Shown one piece after another: positions 19,333 through 28,864 of a DNA stretch of 64,000 nucleotides (the first letter of the stretch is position 1; the number at the start of each line of letters is the position of its first letter). A program made the translations under genes and the position numbers. The stretch covers positions 157-64,156 of the IMG/VR virus record IMGVR_UViG_3300016484_000881; one strand, written 5' to 3'. A model generated the notes under the pieces. The model did not search any database. It was not told where the DNA came from and saw nothing but the letters and a program-made list of their open reading frames with translations. The stretch comes from a virus (Duplodnaviria > Caudoviricetes).

Positions 19333-19746
19333 ATGAGTGAAGCTACAATGCGCTCCAACCTTGTCAAAGCGTTGGAAAAATTAGATGCTGTCCCAATTGA
19401 AATGCGCATGAGAGCTGGAACTCCAGATGTGAACTATATTGGAGGATGGATAGAATGCAAGTATTTGAAATTTTGGCCCAAGAACGCCGATACCTCTCCA
19501 GTGATCTTCGGTCACGAACTAACGAAAGAGCAGGGTTTGTGGGGCCGGAGAAGATGTCTCAGAGGTGGATCATCTTGGGTGGTCGCCCAAGTTTCTAGAG
19601 ACTGGTTCTGGTTCAGCACTATTGTGGCAAGAGAGAACTTCAATAAGATGACAAGACCAGATATGCACAGTCTCTGTGCATTTCACCAGAAAAATCTGAA
19701 GTCTGAGGAACTGGTCGAGTGGTTGATAAATAATTCTAGGGGTTGA
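19333..19746 (+). CDS. PD-(D/E)xK nuclease / Holliday junction resolvase-like
   Basis: GTPDV...WIECK motif, LTKEQ. Confidence 0.7.
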   Translation: MSEATMRSNLVKALEKLDAVPIEMRMRAGTPDVNYIGGWIECKYLKFWPKNADTSPVIFGHELTKEQGLWGRRRCLRGGSSWVVAQVSRDWFWFSTIVARENFNKMTRPDMHSLCAFHQKNLKSEELVEWLINNSRG

Positions 19747-19747
19747 A

Positions 19748-22129
19748 ATGCAAGGTAGTAATCAGGCCGCTTTAGATTTCCTAAAGAAATGGAAACAGGA
19801 AGGCCCTTGGGTTCTGACATCTATTCAGACAGATAAGAAGGGTATTTCAACAGCCACCTTTTATCCTAAAGATGAAGCTAAGTTACTCTCATGGCTTGAA
19901 GAGTACAACGGAACTAGAAACGTGTACTTTCACGTAAATTCAGTTCTGAGAGATCTTTCAAGTAAGGCCAACAAAGAAGATATTAAGAGTGCCGATTGGC
20001 TTCACATAGACATTGATCCACAAAAAGGTGAAGACCTCTCAGAAGAACGTGACAGAGCTCTAGCTCTGCTGACAGATAAACTTCCAAAGGGAATACCAGA
20101 GCCGACAGTAATCATCTTCAGTGGTGGTGGATTTCAAGGTTTCTGGAGGTTAAATAAATCTGTCGAGATTGAGGGTGACATTAAGAAAGCCACCGATTTT
20201 GAACTCTATAATAAACGTCTAGAGCAAGTTTTCGGTGGTGATCATTGTCATAATGTCGATCGCATTATGCGTCTTCCTGGGACAGTTAATATCCCAGATG
20301 CGAAGAAGAAAAAGGCTGGTCGAAAAGAAGAATTGGCCGTTGTATTCAAATTTGAGAATAAGTCCTATGATCTTGAGCAATTCAAGAAAGCCCAATCAGT
20401 TCAGATAGAAGGAGGAATTGGTAATCAGGGTGGTGGAGAGTCTATATCCGTTTCTGGGAATATTCAGAAGATCATAGATCTTAATGAGCTTGATGAATGG
20501 AATGTTCCAGATAGAGTGAAAGTCATCGTTGCTCAGGGGAAGCATCCTGATCAACCGAAAGAAGGTGATAACAGTCGATCTGCTTGGTTATTTGATTGCA
20601 TCTGTGGCTTATTTCGCTGCAATGTTCCTGAAGAAGTAATCTATTCTCTTATCACTGATCCAGCTTGGGGAATTTCAGAAAGCATCAGAGAATCTAAGAA
20701 TCCAGATAGATATGCAATTCGACAGATGACTCGTGCTAAAGAGCATGTAGTTGATCCAAATCTTAGAATCATGAATGAGCGACATGCTATCATCGGCAAC
20801 ATCGGTGGAAAATGCCGAGTCATCGAAGAAGTTGAAGATGATATTATGCAGAGATCGAGATTGACGATTTCTTCTTTTGAAGACATTCGCAACAGATATT
20901 CACACATCAGAGTTGAGATCGGTCTTGATGCGAATAACAAGCCAATCAAAGTTCCTCTTGGGAAATACTGGCTAGACCATCCCATGAGAAGGCAATTCGA
21001 TCATATGAGGTTTATGCCAAATGGTGATAAGAAGGGGGTCTACAATCTGTGGAGAGGTTTTGCGGTTGAACCAAAACCTGGAGATTGTTCTTTGTATTTG
21101 AAACATATCAAAGACAATGCTTGTCGTGGTAATGAGCAGTACTATGATTACTTTATGAAATGGATGGCAAGAGCAGTTCAAAATCCTGCCAGTCCAGGAG
21201 AAGTCGCTATTGTCATGCGTGGAGGAAAAGGTGTCGGAAAATCACTTATCGCGACCATATTCGGGAAACTTTTCGGAAGACATAATCTTCACATCGCCAA
21301 CCCATCTCACCTCATCGGAAATTTCAATGCCCATCTTCGAGATGTCATATTTCTATTTGCCGATGAAGCTTTCTTTGCTGGTGACAAGCGACATGAATCA
21401 GTTCTTAAAATGTTGGTCACCGAAACCAGTATCCCAATTGAACAAAAGGGAGTTGATGTCGAAACTTATCCAAACTATGTTCACCTCATTATCGCAGCCA
21501 ACGATCCCCATGTTATTCGTGCGTCTGGGGATGAGCGTCGTTATTTTGTGCTAGAAGTCGGCGATGGAGCCAAGCAGAATAAAAAATTCTTCGGGGCTAT
21601 GTATAGACAAATGGTTGAGCAGGGTGGTCTTGAAGCTCTACTATTTCATCTTCAAAATATTGATCTAACAGACTTTGAAGTGCGAGATGTTCCTCAAACT
21701 GATGCTCTGCAAGAACAGAAGCTTCTGTCGATGGGGACAGAAGAAGAATGGTGGTACAGAAAATTGCAGAATAGCCGCTTACTCGAAAGCGATGCAACTT
21801 GGACGCAGACTATCCCCTGTGATAAGTTGATTAACGATTTCACAAATTATGCTGAGAAATGGCGTGTGAATCGTAGAGGAAATGAAACTGCCCTTGGCAG
21901 GTTCTTATCTAGAGTTTGCCCGCATACAGAAAGATCGCAGAAACGTGTTAACATGGAAGTTCTAGACGAATCGACTGGAAGACATGAAATGAAAACGGTT
22001 CGCCGGTATTTCTACGACTTTGGAGATTTGAAGAGATGTCGTGATGAATGGGAAAAGGCACACGGAAAAACAGAATGGGAAACAGCTTCAAATGATTCTC
22101 ACAGTGAAAAAATAGAAGGACCTTTCTAG
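19748..22129 (+). CDS. Primase (RepB-like) fused to SF3/D5-like helicase
   Basis: HIDIDP, SGGGFQGFW, RIMRLPGTVN; GGKGVGKS Walker A, FADEAF Walker B. Confidence 0.88.
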   Translation: MQGSNQAALDFLKKWKQEGPWVLTSIQTDKKGISTATFYPKDEAKLLSWLEEYNGTRNVYFHVNSVLRDLSSKANKEDIKSADWLHIDIDPQKGEDLSEERDRALALLTDKLPKGIPEPTVIIFSGGGFQGFWRLNKSVEIEGDIKKATDFELYNKRLEQVFGGDHCHNVDRIMRLPGTVNIPDAKKKKAGRKEELAVVFKFENKSYDLEQFKKAQSVQIEGGIGNQGGGESISVSGNIQKIIDLNELDEWNVPDRVKVIVAQGKHPDQPKEGDNSRSAWLFDCICGLFRCNVPEEVIYSLITDPAWGISESIRESKNPDRYAIRQMTRAKEHVVDPNLRIMNERHAIIGNIGGKCRVIEEVEDDIMQRSRLTISSFEDIRNRYSHIRVEIGLDANNKPIKVPLGKYWLDHPMRRQFDHMRFMPNGDKKGVYNLWRGFAVEPKPGDCSLYLKHIKDNACRGNEQYYDYFMKWMARAVQNPASPGEVAIVMRGGKGVGKSLIATIFGKLFGRHNLHIANPSHLIGNFNAHLRDVIFLFADEAFFAGDKRHESVLKMLVTETSIPIEQKGVDVETYPNYVHLIIAANDPHVIRASGDERRYFVLEVGDGAKQNKKFFGAMYRQMVEQGGLEALLFHLQNIDLTDFEVRDVPQTDALQEQKLLSMGTEEEWWYRKLQNSRLLESDATWTQTIPCDKLINDFTNYAEKWRVNRRGNETALGRFLSRVCPHTERSQKRVNMEVLDESTGRHEMKTVRRYFYDFGDLKRCRDEWEKAHGKTEWETASNDSHSEKIEGPF

Positions 22130-22323
22130 TGCACTGCCAAATTTTCATAATTCTGTACATGTCCCTATCTTTGATAATTGCAGAGATTGGATTAAGATCA
22201 ACGGAAATAAAAATAGACAAAGAGATAATCTGGCTAACAGCACTCGTGATTCTGTTATTCTGCCAGATAGTCGTCTTATTTACAGGGCTGAAAATTTTGG
22301 TAAACCGCAGACACAAAAAATAG
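22129..22323 (+). CDS. Small membrane protein
   Basis: Two hydrophobic segments. Confidence 0.45.
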   Translation: MHCQIFIILYMSLSLIIAEIGLRSTEIKIDKEIIWLTALVILLFCQIVVLFTGLKILVNRRHKK

Positions 22324-22440
22324 GCTGTACAGCCTAGCAGCCACTAAGGGCTTGGCATAGGCAGCAGGGCAAAGGCTGTAGGGCTAGCCACAAAGGCTCG
22401 CTATAAGCCGTTTAAGTTACACAGGGTGCAAGTGCAAAAA

Positions 22441-22785
22441 ATGGCGACCAGTATTGAGGTAATAGCGAAAATTGTTGGGTTCATGGATAGACAACTTCTT
22501 TTAAATGAAGACATCTCAAACTCTTATCAAATTGAAGCAATTATCGTAGAACACCAGTTTGAAGATGGAGAGACATTCAATCTAAGAATCTCATCTGGGT
22601 TAGATAGCCTCACTAGAAAAGAAATCTGGCTCAATAAAGATCTTTTTATTGGAAAAAGAATAAAGTTCAAATGTCAGCCTTTTGATTTCTCTCTTCCCCG
22701 TTTTCCATTCTTCTTGGGTTTCGAAGATAAGATCGTCCTTCCAAAGCCAAAGAAAAAAGAAGTCATTCAAGGTGAATTATTTTAG
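22441..22785 (+). CDS. Protein resembling the C-terminal OB domain of ATP-dependent DNA ligases
   Basis: ISSGLDSLTRKEIWLNKDLFIGKRIKFK...PRFPFFLGF; no adenylation domain. Confidence 0.5.
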   Translation: MATSIEVIAKIVGFMDRQLLLNEDISNSYQIEAIIVEHQFEDGETFNLRISSGLDSLTRKEIWLNKDLFIGKRIKFKCQPFDFSLPRFPFFLGFEDKIVLPKPKKKEVIQGELF

Positions 22786-22814
22786 TTGTCATCTAATTTC
22801 TAGTTTGGCAGTAT
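22786..22814 (+). promoter_or_regulatory. sigma70-type promoter
   Basis: TTGTCA-N17-CAGTAT. Confidence 0.45.
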
Positions 22815-22822
22815 ATAAACAC

Positions 22823-22924
22823 TGAAGCGTAATAGAGGTGGCTCGGTACATGAATATGCCAGAGGCGGCTTGTCATGGGGCCTATAAATATCCGGTGAAA
22901 CCGAGCCACGCCTATTGCGCTTCA
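22823..22924 (+). ncRNA. Candidate structured RNA / 5' leader
   Basis: 25-nt arms (22823-22847, 22900-22924) pair with one G-U wobble and a 2x2 internal loop. Confidence 0.4.
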
Positions 22925-22935
22925 ATGGAGGAAAG

Positions 22936-23127
22936 ATGACAAAAGTTACTGAAAGAATACATTTCAGACTCATCTGTATGCCATGTTGTGAACATCTGTT
23001 CTGTAATGTAAATCCTCGTCTACCGTCATTTTGTCCAGCTTGTGGGAAACATGTGTACCCAGAGGTTAGAAATGGAATTCTTTTATCAGACGAAACTGCC
23101 ATACTGAAATATGAAAAAGGAGAATAA
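22936..23127 (+). CDS. Zinc-ribbon protein
   Basis: CMPCC...CPACG; RBS GGAGG. Confidence 0.7.
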   Translation: MTKVTERIHFRLICMPCCEHLFCNVNPRLPSFCPACGKHVYPEVRNGILLSDETAILKYEKGE

Positions 23128-23129
23128 CC

Positions 23130-23480
23130 TTGACTGTTCTTAAATCACTTGAAGAATTGGGTGAAGCTATGGGTACAAAGAAATTCAGTCATTCCGAGCT
23201 AGTGACTGTAGAACCGATTTACATGAAACAGCTTGTTGAGAAATACGGAGCGAAAAAGATCGCTGCTACTCTCGGACTCGGTTCTTCAACAATCAGCAAG
23301 GCAATTGCTACCAACAAAATTCGATTGGTCTTTGAGATAGCGGCTAAGACAATTTGGTCTGAAAGAGAAGGAAGCTCTACTATGCCAAAACTTTTCATTT
23401 CCGAGGTGCCAAAGGCGAAAGAAGAAATGCTCCGGGGGTTTTTGACCGCCACTGGAATCAAGTTCTCGGTGCTGCGATGA
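23130..23480 (+). CDS. Putative HTH DNA-binding protein
   Basis: AKKIAATLGLGSSTISKAI helix-turn-helix-like segment. Confidence 0.55.
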   Translation: MTVLKSLEELGEAMGTKKFSHSELVTVEPIYMKQLVEKYGAKKIAATLGLGSSTISKAIATNKIRLVFEIAAKTIWSEREGSSTMPKLFISEVPKAKEEMLRGFLTATGIKFSVLR

Positions 23481-24574
23481 GATATCTTTGCTTTGAAACA
23501 GAAGGGCTGATTGATTTCAGTTCGATTACCACGTTTGGATTGAACGTGAAACCAAAGACCAGCAACCCGATTGGTTATTTCGGAACTGGCTTGAAATACG
23601 CGATCGCTGTTCTTGCACGAATGGGTTCAAAAGTAACATTCATGATCGATGGCATTTCCTATGAATTCTTCGCCAAAGATTTTGACTTTCGTGGAAAGAC
23701 TTTTCAAAAAATCAGGATGCGAAAGCGTCATGGTTTAACCCGAAAGTTCACCTACAAAGAGCTTCCATTCACGACTGAATATGGAAAGAATTGGGAGCCA
23801 TGGCAGGTTTTCCGTGAGCTTGAATCAAACACACGAGATGAGAAAGGCAGTACATTCCTGATCGATGAAGATTCACCAGAGGGAATGTCCTATCTGAATG
23901 ATGAGAATCACCATCGTGGTAAGACTATCATCATGGTTTCAGATGAGAAAGTAATTCAGTCTTATTTTGATCGAGACAAGATATTTCTGCCAGAATCTTT
24001 GAAGATGCGAGTCGGAACAGAATCAATTCAAGTACTGAACGCTCCATCAAATCACATCTACTATCGAGGGCTCAGAGTTGCTGATCTTCCAATTCCTTCA
24101 ACATTCACCTACAACATTCTCTCAAGTTTGGAATTAACAGAAGACAGAACAGTCAAGTATATGTTTGTTGTTGACTGGCATGTTCGCGACTTCATCATGG
24201 GTTCAGATGATCTTGAATATCTTAATTCGATTTTTGATGTTCCGAAAGATAAATCTTATGAATCAAAGCTTGATTTTGAAGGATTCAGCGGTCAACCATC
24301 TCTCACTTTCTTGGGAATTATTGGTGATCGCCGAAGTTATGGGAAGAACCTCTGGAACCGAATCGGGAGTTATTATTCTACATACTATCCTCCAGAAAAA
24401 TCAGACCCAGAGATCGCGAAGACATTCCGTCGATCTTTCTGGAAAAAGATCAAAGTCTTTGGACAAACGATCAACGATAACCCAGAAGTGTTGAGAGAAA
24501 TTACTGAGAAACTTGATTCTGAGAATAGATCAGACTGCTTGACTGCTTTTCAGTCTTTGTTAGATCAAATCTAA
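23477..24574 (+). CDS. GHKL (Hsp90/MutL-like) ATPase-domain protein
   Basis: NPIGYFGTGLKYAI, FRELESNTRDE. Confidence 0.65.
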   Translation: MRYLCFETEGLIDFSSITTFGLNVKPKTSNPIGYFGTGLKYAIAVLARMGSKVTFMIDGISYEFFAKDFDFRGKTFQKIRMRKRHGLTRKFTYKELPFTTEYGKNWEPWQVFRELESNTRDEKGSTFLIDEDSPEGMSYLNDENHHRGKTIIMVSDEKVIQSYFDRDKIFLPESLKMRVGTESIQVLNAPSNHIYYRGLRVADLPIPSTFTYNILSSLELTEDRTVKYMFVVDWHVRDFIMGSDDLEYLNSIFDVPKDKSYESKLDFEGFSGQPSLTFLGIIGDRRSYGKNLWNRIGSYYSTYYPPEKSDPEIAKTFRRSFWKKIKVFGQTINDNPEVLREITEKLDSENRSDCLTAFQSLLDQI

Positions 24575-24597
24575 AACTCATGTGAGGAGGCTCTATC

Positions 24598-25281
24598 TTG
24601 AGTATTCATGATAAAATTCTGCAATTGCGAAAAGTCATTCCTGAGAATGGCGCGACAGAAGCAGAGACAATCACAGCAATTGAGCTAGCCAACAGGCTGA
24701 TGGAGAAACACAGGATCAGTGAAGAAGATCTTATGAAAGCCTCATTCTCAAAAGATATGAGTGAAGGATCCTGGGAAAGTCATACGAAACAACTTGATCC
24801 AGCTGCAAAGCTTTGTTCGGTTGCTATTTCTGAGTTTTGTGAAGTTTCTCTGTGGGTAAAAAGAGACGTCAGATTCTTCGGGTTTCATGCAGATGTCGCA
24901 ATGGCAGAATTTCTTTTTAAGCTCATATCAGGAAGCATGAAAAGAGCTTGGAAAGAGTATCTGGCGGCAAAGCAGTATAACGAAAAAGTGAGTCATCACA
25001 CAAGATTTTGGAGTTTTCATGCAGGATTCGCTCAGAGAATTAATCAAAAACTTCGAGAGATGATTTATGATAGAACGAAAAGTGGAAGTGGTCTAGTAGC
25101 TCTTAAGAGTCAAACAGTAGAGCTAGCTCTGAAAGAGGTTCTAAACATAACTCTAGAAAATTCAAGAAAGACTTCTTTTAGAGTCACAGAAAAAGATGTA
25201 AGCGCTGGATACAAAGCAGGAGATGCTGTCAATCTATCAAGACCGCTCCAAGAGAGAAGCGAAACAAAATTCATAGAGTAG
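24598..25281 (+). CDS. DUF2786-like protein
   Basis: KILQLRK...EAETITAIELANRLMEKHRI N-terminus; GYKAGDAVNL C-terminus. Confidence 0.65.
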   Translation: MSIHDKILQLRKVIPENGATEAETITAIELANRLMEKHRISEEDLMKASFSKDMSEGSWESHTKQLDPAAKLCSVAISEFCEVSLWVKRDVRFFGFHADVAMAEFLFKLISGSMKRAWKEYLAAKQYNEKVSHHTRFWSFHAGFAQRINQKLREMIYDRTKSGSGLVALKSQTVELALKEVLNITLENSRKTSFRVTEKDVSAGYKAGDAVNLSRPLQERSETKFIE

Positions 25282-25292
25282 AAATCTGGCTA

Positions 25293-25321
25293 TTGTTCTA
25301 GAACAAGTTTTTGCTTAAGCT
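25293..25321 (+). promoter_or_regulatory. sigma70-type promoter
   Basis: TTGTTC-N17-TAAGCT. Confidence 0.55.
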
Positions 25322-25338
25322 GGTTTCTATAAAGGAAG

Positions 25339-25578
25339 GTGTGCATGTCAAAACGATATCTTAGTGCAGAAAAGGCGCAATGCGATGATTTCAATGTAGC
25401 GTTCACTGGTTTAGAAGGAGAAACAGTGTACGATGCTATGACTCACACGGGTCAGTGGGCCATGATGACAGAATTGTCTTGGCAGTTGTATGGTCGACCC
25501 GATGGGAAACTCGGCCTTGGTTTTGGACAGAAATATCGTCGCAATTCTGCTGGCGAGCTACATAAGGTGGAAGGATGA
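25339..25578 (+). CDS. Hypothetical protein
   Basis: ORF after RBS AAGGAAGG. Confidence 0.6.
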   Translation: MCMSKRYLSAEKAQCDDFNVAFTGLEGETVYDAMTHTGQWAMMTELSWQLYGRPDGKLGLGFGQKYRRNSAGELHKVEG

Positions 25579-25874
25579 TCGAAGTTTTTCTTTGTGCAGA
25601 TTCATACTTTGGCTCTGACGAAACGATTTATCAGGACTTTAAGTATGTGATCGTAGAAAATGGAAAAGTTTCTACGATGCCAGCCGATAATCAACAAGAT
25701 GAAAAGAACATGTGGGAGAAATACCCAGAGCGAAATTGGAACGATGGCTGTCTAAGTCGCTGGCGAGGAAAACTTGATCGTAGCGAAATGACAGACAGTC
25801 TTGCGATTGAAAAACCAGAAGTCTGGGCTGCCTTGAATGAATGGACAGAATTTCAGGATAGAAGCGCGGGATGA
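25575..25874 (+). CDS. Hypothetical protein
   Basis: ATGA overlap. Confidence 0.6.
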   Translation: MIEVFLCADSYFGSDETIYQDFKYVIVENGKVSTMPADNQQDEKNMWEKYPERNWNDGCLSRWRGKLDRSEMTDSLAIEKPEVWAALNEWTEFQDRSAG

Positions 25875-25901
25875 TGCTACATATTTCTGTTCACTGGAAT
25901 T

Positions 25902-26201
25902 GTGAGAATGAAGATTCCATCTAAGATCGCGATAGGGTATCCCAGGAAAGATGGTCCTATTATTCTTGGGCATGTGATTAACCACACCATTCCAAAAGAC
26001 TGTCTTATTGGAACTCAGGTTGGAACAAAAGAAGTTGCGTTTACTCTCGATGTGGTTTACTATCCTGATAACCCAAGAGGTGAGCAACTTGAAGCTATCC
26101 TGAGGCCAAACCAGCCTATTCCAAAGAATTTCTGGGGTGGCTACATTATAGAAGCCGAAATCATTCTAAATGAGCAGCCACCAATAGAGTCACCGTTTTG
26201 A
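25902..26201 (+). CDS. Hypothetical protein
   Basis: ORF in + strand run. Confidence 0.55.
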   Translation: MRMKIPSKIAIGYPRKDGPIILGHVINHTIPKDCLIGTQVGTKEVAFTLDVVYYPDNPRGEQLEAILRPNQPIPKNFWGGYIIEAEIILNEQPPIESPF

Positions 26202-26238
26202 ATATCTACTAATGTTCCCACAAACCATAGGCCGACAA

Positions 26239-27159
26239 ATGAATATCACAGAGAAATATCGCCCGAAATCCCTCGATGAAGTTCTTGGACAGCCACAAGT
26301 AACAAAGAGTCTGAAATCTATCATCGAAGAAAAGAAACATTCCAGCTTCATCTTCGAAGGACCATCAGGAACTGGAAAGACGACTGTCGCCCGAATAGTG
26401 GCTAAGATGCTTGGAGCGAGTGGTATGGATATTGAAGAATTCGATGCGTCCACAAATTCAGGTGTGGATGATATGCGGTTACTTGCGGAAAGACAGTGTG
26501 TGTTCCCAATGAGTGGTGCACGAGTATTCATCGTTGATGAATGTCAGCGTCTTTCAAAAAATGCCTGGGATGCTCTTCTCAAATCGATTGAATCTCCTCC
26601 AGTAAGCAATTACTGGATTTTCTGTACGACTGAAATCAGCAAGGTTCCAGCGACAATCAAAACTCGTTGTCTTCATTACAAGTTCAAGGCCGTTACTCCG
26701 GTAGAAATGATTCCTCACTTGAAAAGTATTAGGGAATTAGAAAAATTCTCTATAAGTGATGAGCTTATTGAAAAGATTGCTTCCTCAGTTGGTGGAAGTC
26801 CGAGAGCAGCTATACTTCGGCTTGAGCAAGTGAACGGGCTATCATCTGAAGAAGTAGAAGCACTGCTCAGTGTAGAACAAGGAATTCCAGGAGGTTATGA
26901 ACTCGCAAAACTCTTGAATGATTCAGCATTTAATGTATCAGAAGTAATGTCTTTACTGAAAACTCTAAAAGATGAAAATGCAGAGGGAATTCGTCAAATC
27001 GTCAGAGCGTATTTCACAACCGTTTTGATGAACTCACCAAGTAAGCGTTGGCCGAAACTTGTTCTGGCTGCCTTTATTCAGCCATGCGTTGAACAGAACT
27101 ATGTGACTGACCTTGTGATGAAAGTAGTGACTTTGGAAAAGTGGAGGCAAGCACCTTGA
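26239..27159 (+). CDS. Clamp-loader / DnaX-like AAA+ ATPase
   Basis: EKYRPKSLDEVLGQ, GPSGTGKTT, IVDECQRL, TIKTRC. Confidence 0.88.
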   Translation: MNITEKYRPKSLDEVLGQPQVTKSLKSIIEEKKHSSFIFEGPSGTGKTTVARIVAKMLGASGMDIEEFDASTNSGVDDMRLLAERQCVFPMSGARVFIVDECQRLSKNAWDALLKSIESPPVSNYWIFCTTEISKVPATIKTRCLHYKFKAVTPVEMIPHLKSIRELEKFSISDELIEKIASSVGGSPRAAILRLEQVNGLSSEEVEALLSVEQGIPGGYELAKLLNDSAFNVSEVMSLLKTLKDENAEGIRQIVRAYFTTVLMNSPSKRWPKLVLAAFIQPCVEQNYVTDLVMKVVTLEKWRQAP

Positions 27160-27506
27160 TTTACCTTGTGTGTGGTGGAAGACAATACAAGAACAAGACA
27201 TTCATTTATGATGTTCTAACGAAAGCTCGTCTTAAAGATCTTGAATGTATTGTACACGGAGGGGCAGAAGGTGCTGATCAACTCGCTGGCCTCTGGGCTA
27301 TTGAAAATGGCATACCCGAAATCATTGTTCCAGCCGCCTGGAAATATTATGGCAGAGATGCTGGACCGATTCGCAATGGATGGATGCTGAAGTTCATAAA
27401 GATTGGGCATGTGATTGCTTTCCCAGGAGGACCTGGGACACAAAACATGATTCGTCGGGCTAGAATTCATGGAATACAAAATATCACACAATTTCAAAAT
27501 GACTAA
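27141..27506 (+). CDS. SLOG/YspA-like (DUF2493) protein
   Basis: LVCGGR, IVHGGAEGAD, AGPIRNGWML, AFPGGPGT. Confidence 0.8.
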   Translation: MEASTLIYLVCGGRQYKNKTFIYDVLTKARLKDLECIVHGGAEGADQLAGLWAIENGIPEIIVPAAWKYYGRDAGPIRNGWMLKFIKIGHVIAFPGGPGTQNMIRRARIHGIQNITQFQND

Positions 27507-27512
27507 TGAAGC

Positions 27513-27541
27513 TTGTCACCATTTTCTAAAATAACCAAATT
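27513..27541 (+). promoter_or_regulatory. sigma70-type promoter
   Basis: TTGTCA-N17-CAAATT. Confidence 0.4.
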
Positions 27542-27561
27542 TAAATTGTAAAGGAGCTATC

Positions 27562-27765
27562 ATGAAGTGGAAATTAGACAGTTCCGTAATTGACTCTGTT
27601 GAAGTAAACGATTCAGAAGAAACTATCATCGAATTCAAAAACGGTGATCGTTACAAATATCAACACATTTCTCCCGGAGTGATTACAGAACTTGTTTCAA
27701 GCGATTCTCCAGGAAAGTATTTCAACCAACAAATTCGCAACAGATACAGGGAAGAAAAACTGTGA
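27562..27765 (+). CDS. KTSC-domain protein
   Basis: SSVIDSV...IEFKNGDRYKY...SPGKYFNQQIRNRY. Confidence 0.85.
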   Translation: MKWKLDSSVIDSVEVNDSEETIIEFKNGDRYKYQHISPGVITELVSSDSPGKYFNQQIRNRYREEKL

Positions 27766-27953
27766 CAAGAGAACAAACTAAAAAACTGAAGAAAATTCTT
27801 GGAGCTCCATGTGATGGTATCCGGATCGGATACGAGGATGGAGCATGGTGTCTTGCTGAAGGTTCAGGAATGAGCTTTGAGATAATCGTTCAACACGAAG
27901 ATTTTGATGAGTTTCTCAAGCTTGTCTTTGACACATTTCCTGAAGAAAACTAA
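27762..27953 (+). CDS. Hypothetical protein
   Basis: GTGA overlap. Confidence 0.55.
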   Translation: MTREQTKKLKKILGAPCDGIRIGYEDGAWCLAEGSGMSFEIIVQHEDFDEFLKLVFDTFPEEN

Positions 27954-27956
27954 GGC

Positions 27957-27985
27957 TTGCCGCGAAACTTCCTTACCACTACGTT
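27957..27985 (+). promoter_or_regulatory. sigma70-type early promoter
   Basis: TTGCCG-N17-TACGTT followed by RBS AAGGAGGT. Confidence 0.6.
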
Positions 27986-28009
27986 TTAGTTATAGCTAAG
28001 GAGGTAGTT

Positions 28010-28405
28010 ATGCAAAAAGGTTTCTGGATTTCTGTTTTTGTCGATGTGAGTCACAAAAATCGTGATCGCCGTGGCGGTCATCGTGGAAGTCCTATCTTCG
28101 GTGGTGGCTGGGATGAATTCAGTACTCCGGGTGAGCGTAGGTTCTATAAGAAGCACTCAACCAAGAAAACGCGCCGTCTCCACAAGAAGATGACCGCTGA
28201 GGCTATTGACGAGTATTACAAGTGTATCCACGATGATTCTCTGGAAGAACTCAGTCTAGCTCTGGAATCCATGTACGACGATCCAACACAGGCAGATTAC
28301 GATTGGTTTCTCTATGAAACTTCCAATGAAGGATATGAAAAGTACATTGAACACGAAAACTGGCAGGAACAGTACAATGGATACGAAAATGGCTGGTGCT
28401 ACTGA
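28010..28405 (+). CDS. Hypothetical protein, acidic C-terminus
   Basis: Strong RBS TAAGGAGGT. Confidence 0.7.
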   Translation: MQKGFWISVFVDVSHKNRDRRGGHRGSPIFGGGWDEFSTPGERRFYKKHSTKKTRRLHKKMTAEAIDEYYKCIHDDSLEELSLALESMYDDPTQADYDWFLYETSNEGYEKYIEHENWQEQYNGYENGWCY

Positions 28406-28606
28406 ATGGCAAACAACGTAATTGAAATAGTGTTTTCGACTGATCTTTCTATTGGGAGAACTTCAGCTCTCGGTGGTCTTTTGAACAAACTGCGTTACAA
28501 GATGGAGTATGCGGCCTGGAGAAAGAAAGCATTGGAAACCCCAGAAGATGATCATCATTCCTGGGAAAATCTTGAGCGTGAGTATGAATCGATAGGATTG
28601 CCATAG
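28406..28606 (+). CDS. Hypothetical protein
   Basis: Abuts previous stop. Confidence 0.55.
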   Translation: MANNVIEIVFSTDLSIGRTSALGGLLNKLRYKMEYAAWRKKALETPEDDHHSWENLEREYESIGLP

Positions 28607-28644
28607 GACACTGAAAGCGGTTTTCTGTTCAAGATATAAACTTG

Positions 28645-28673
28645 TTGTGTTCTATTTCTTGTTGCAGTAATTG
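28645..28673 (+). promoter_or_regulatory. sigma70-type early promoter
   Basis: TTGTGT-N17-TAATTG followed by RBS AAGGAGG. Confidence 0.45.
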
Positions 28674-28705
28674 TTAAAACATAGCAAAACCAAGGAGGAA
28701 CAGCT

Positions 28706-28864
28706 ATGAGTACGACAGATCAGGAACTCGTGAAGGAATTCATCGCAAAGAAAGGTGTGACTCTTTGTCCACCAGCACTTGCGAAAGAGAACTCTGCGAA
28801 GGCATATCTCAGGGAGCATGTGTCTAAGATTCGCAAGATGTGGAAGAAAGACGCCAAGAAATGA
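28706..28864 (+). CDS. Small hypothetical protein (52 aa)
   Basis: RBS AAGGAGG; MSTTDQELVKEFIAKKGVTLCPP...; translated by hand. Confidence 0.65.
   Translation: MSTTDQELVKEFIAKKGVTLCPPALAKENSAKAYLREHVSKIRKMWKKDAKK

Noticed and set aside
22823-22924. Hammerhead ribozyme (GUA triplet and GAAAC next to a closing stem)
   Set aside because: The required CUGANGA core is absent on both strands
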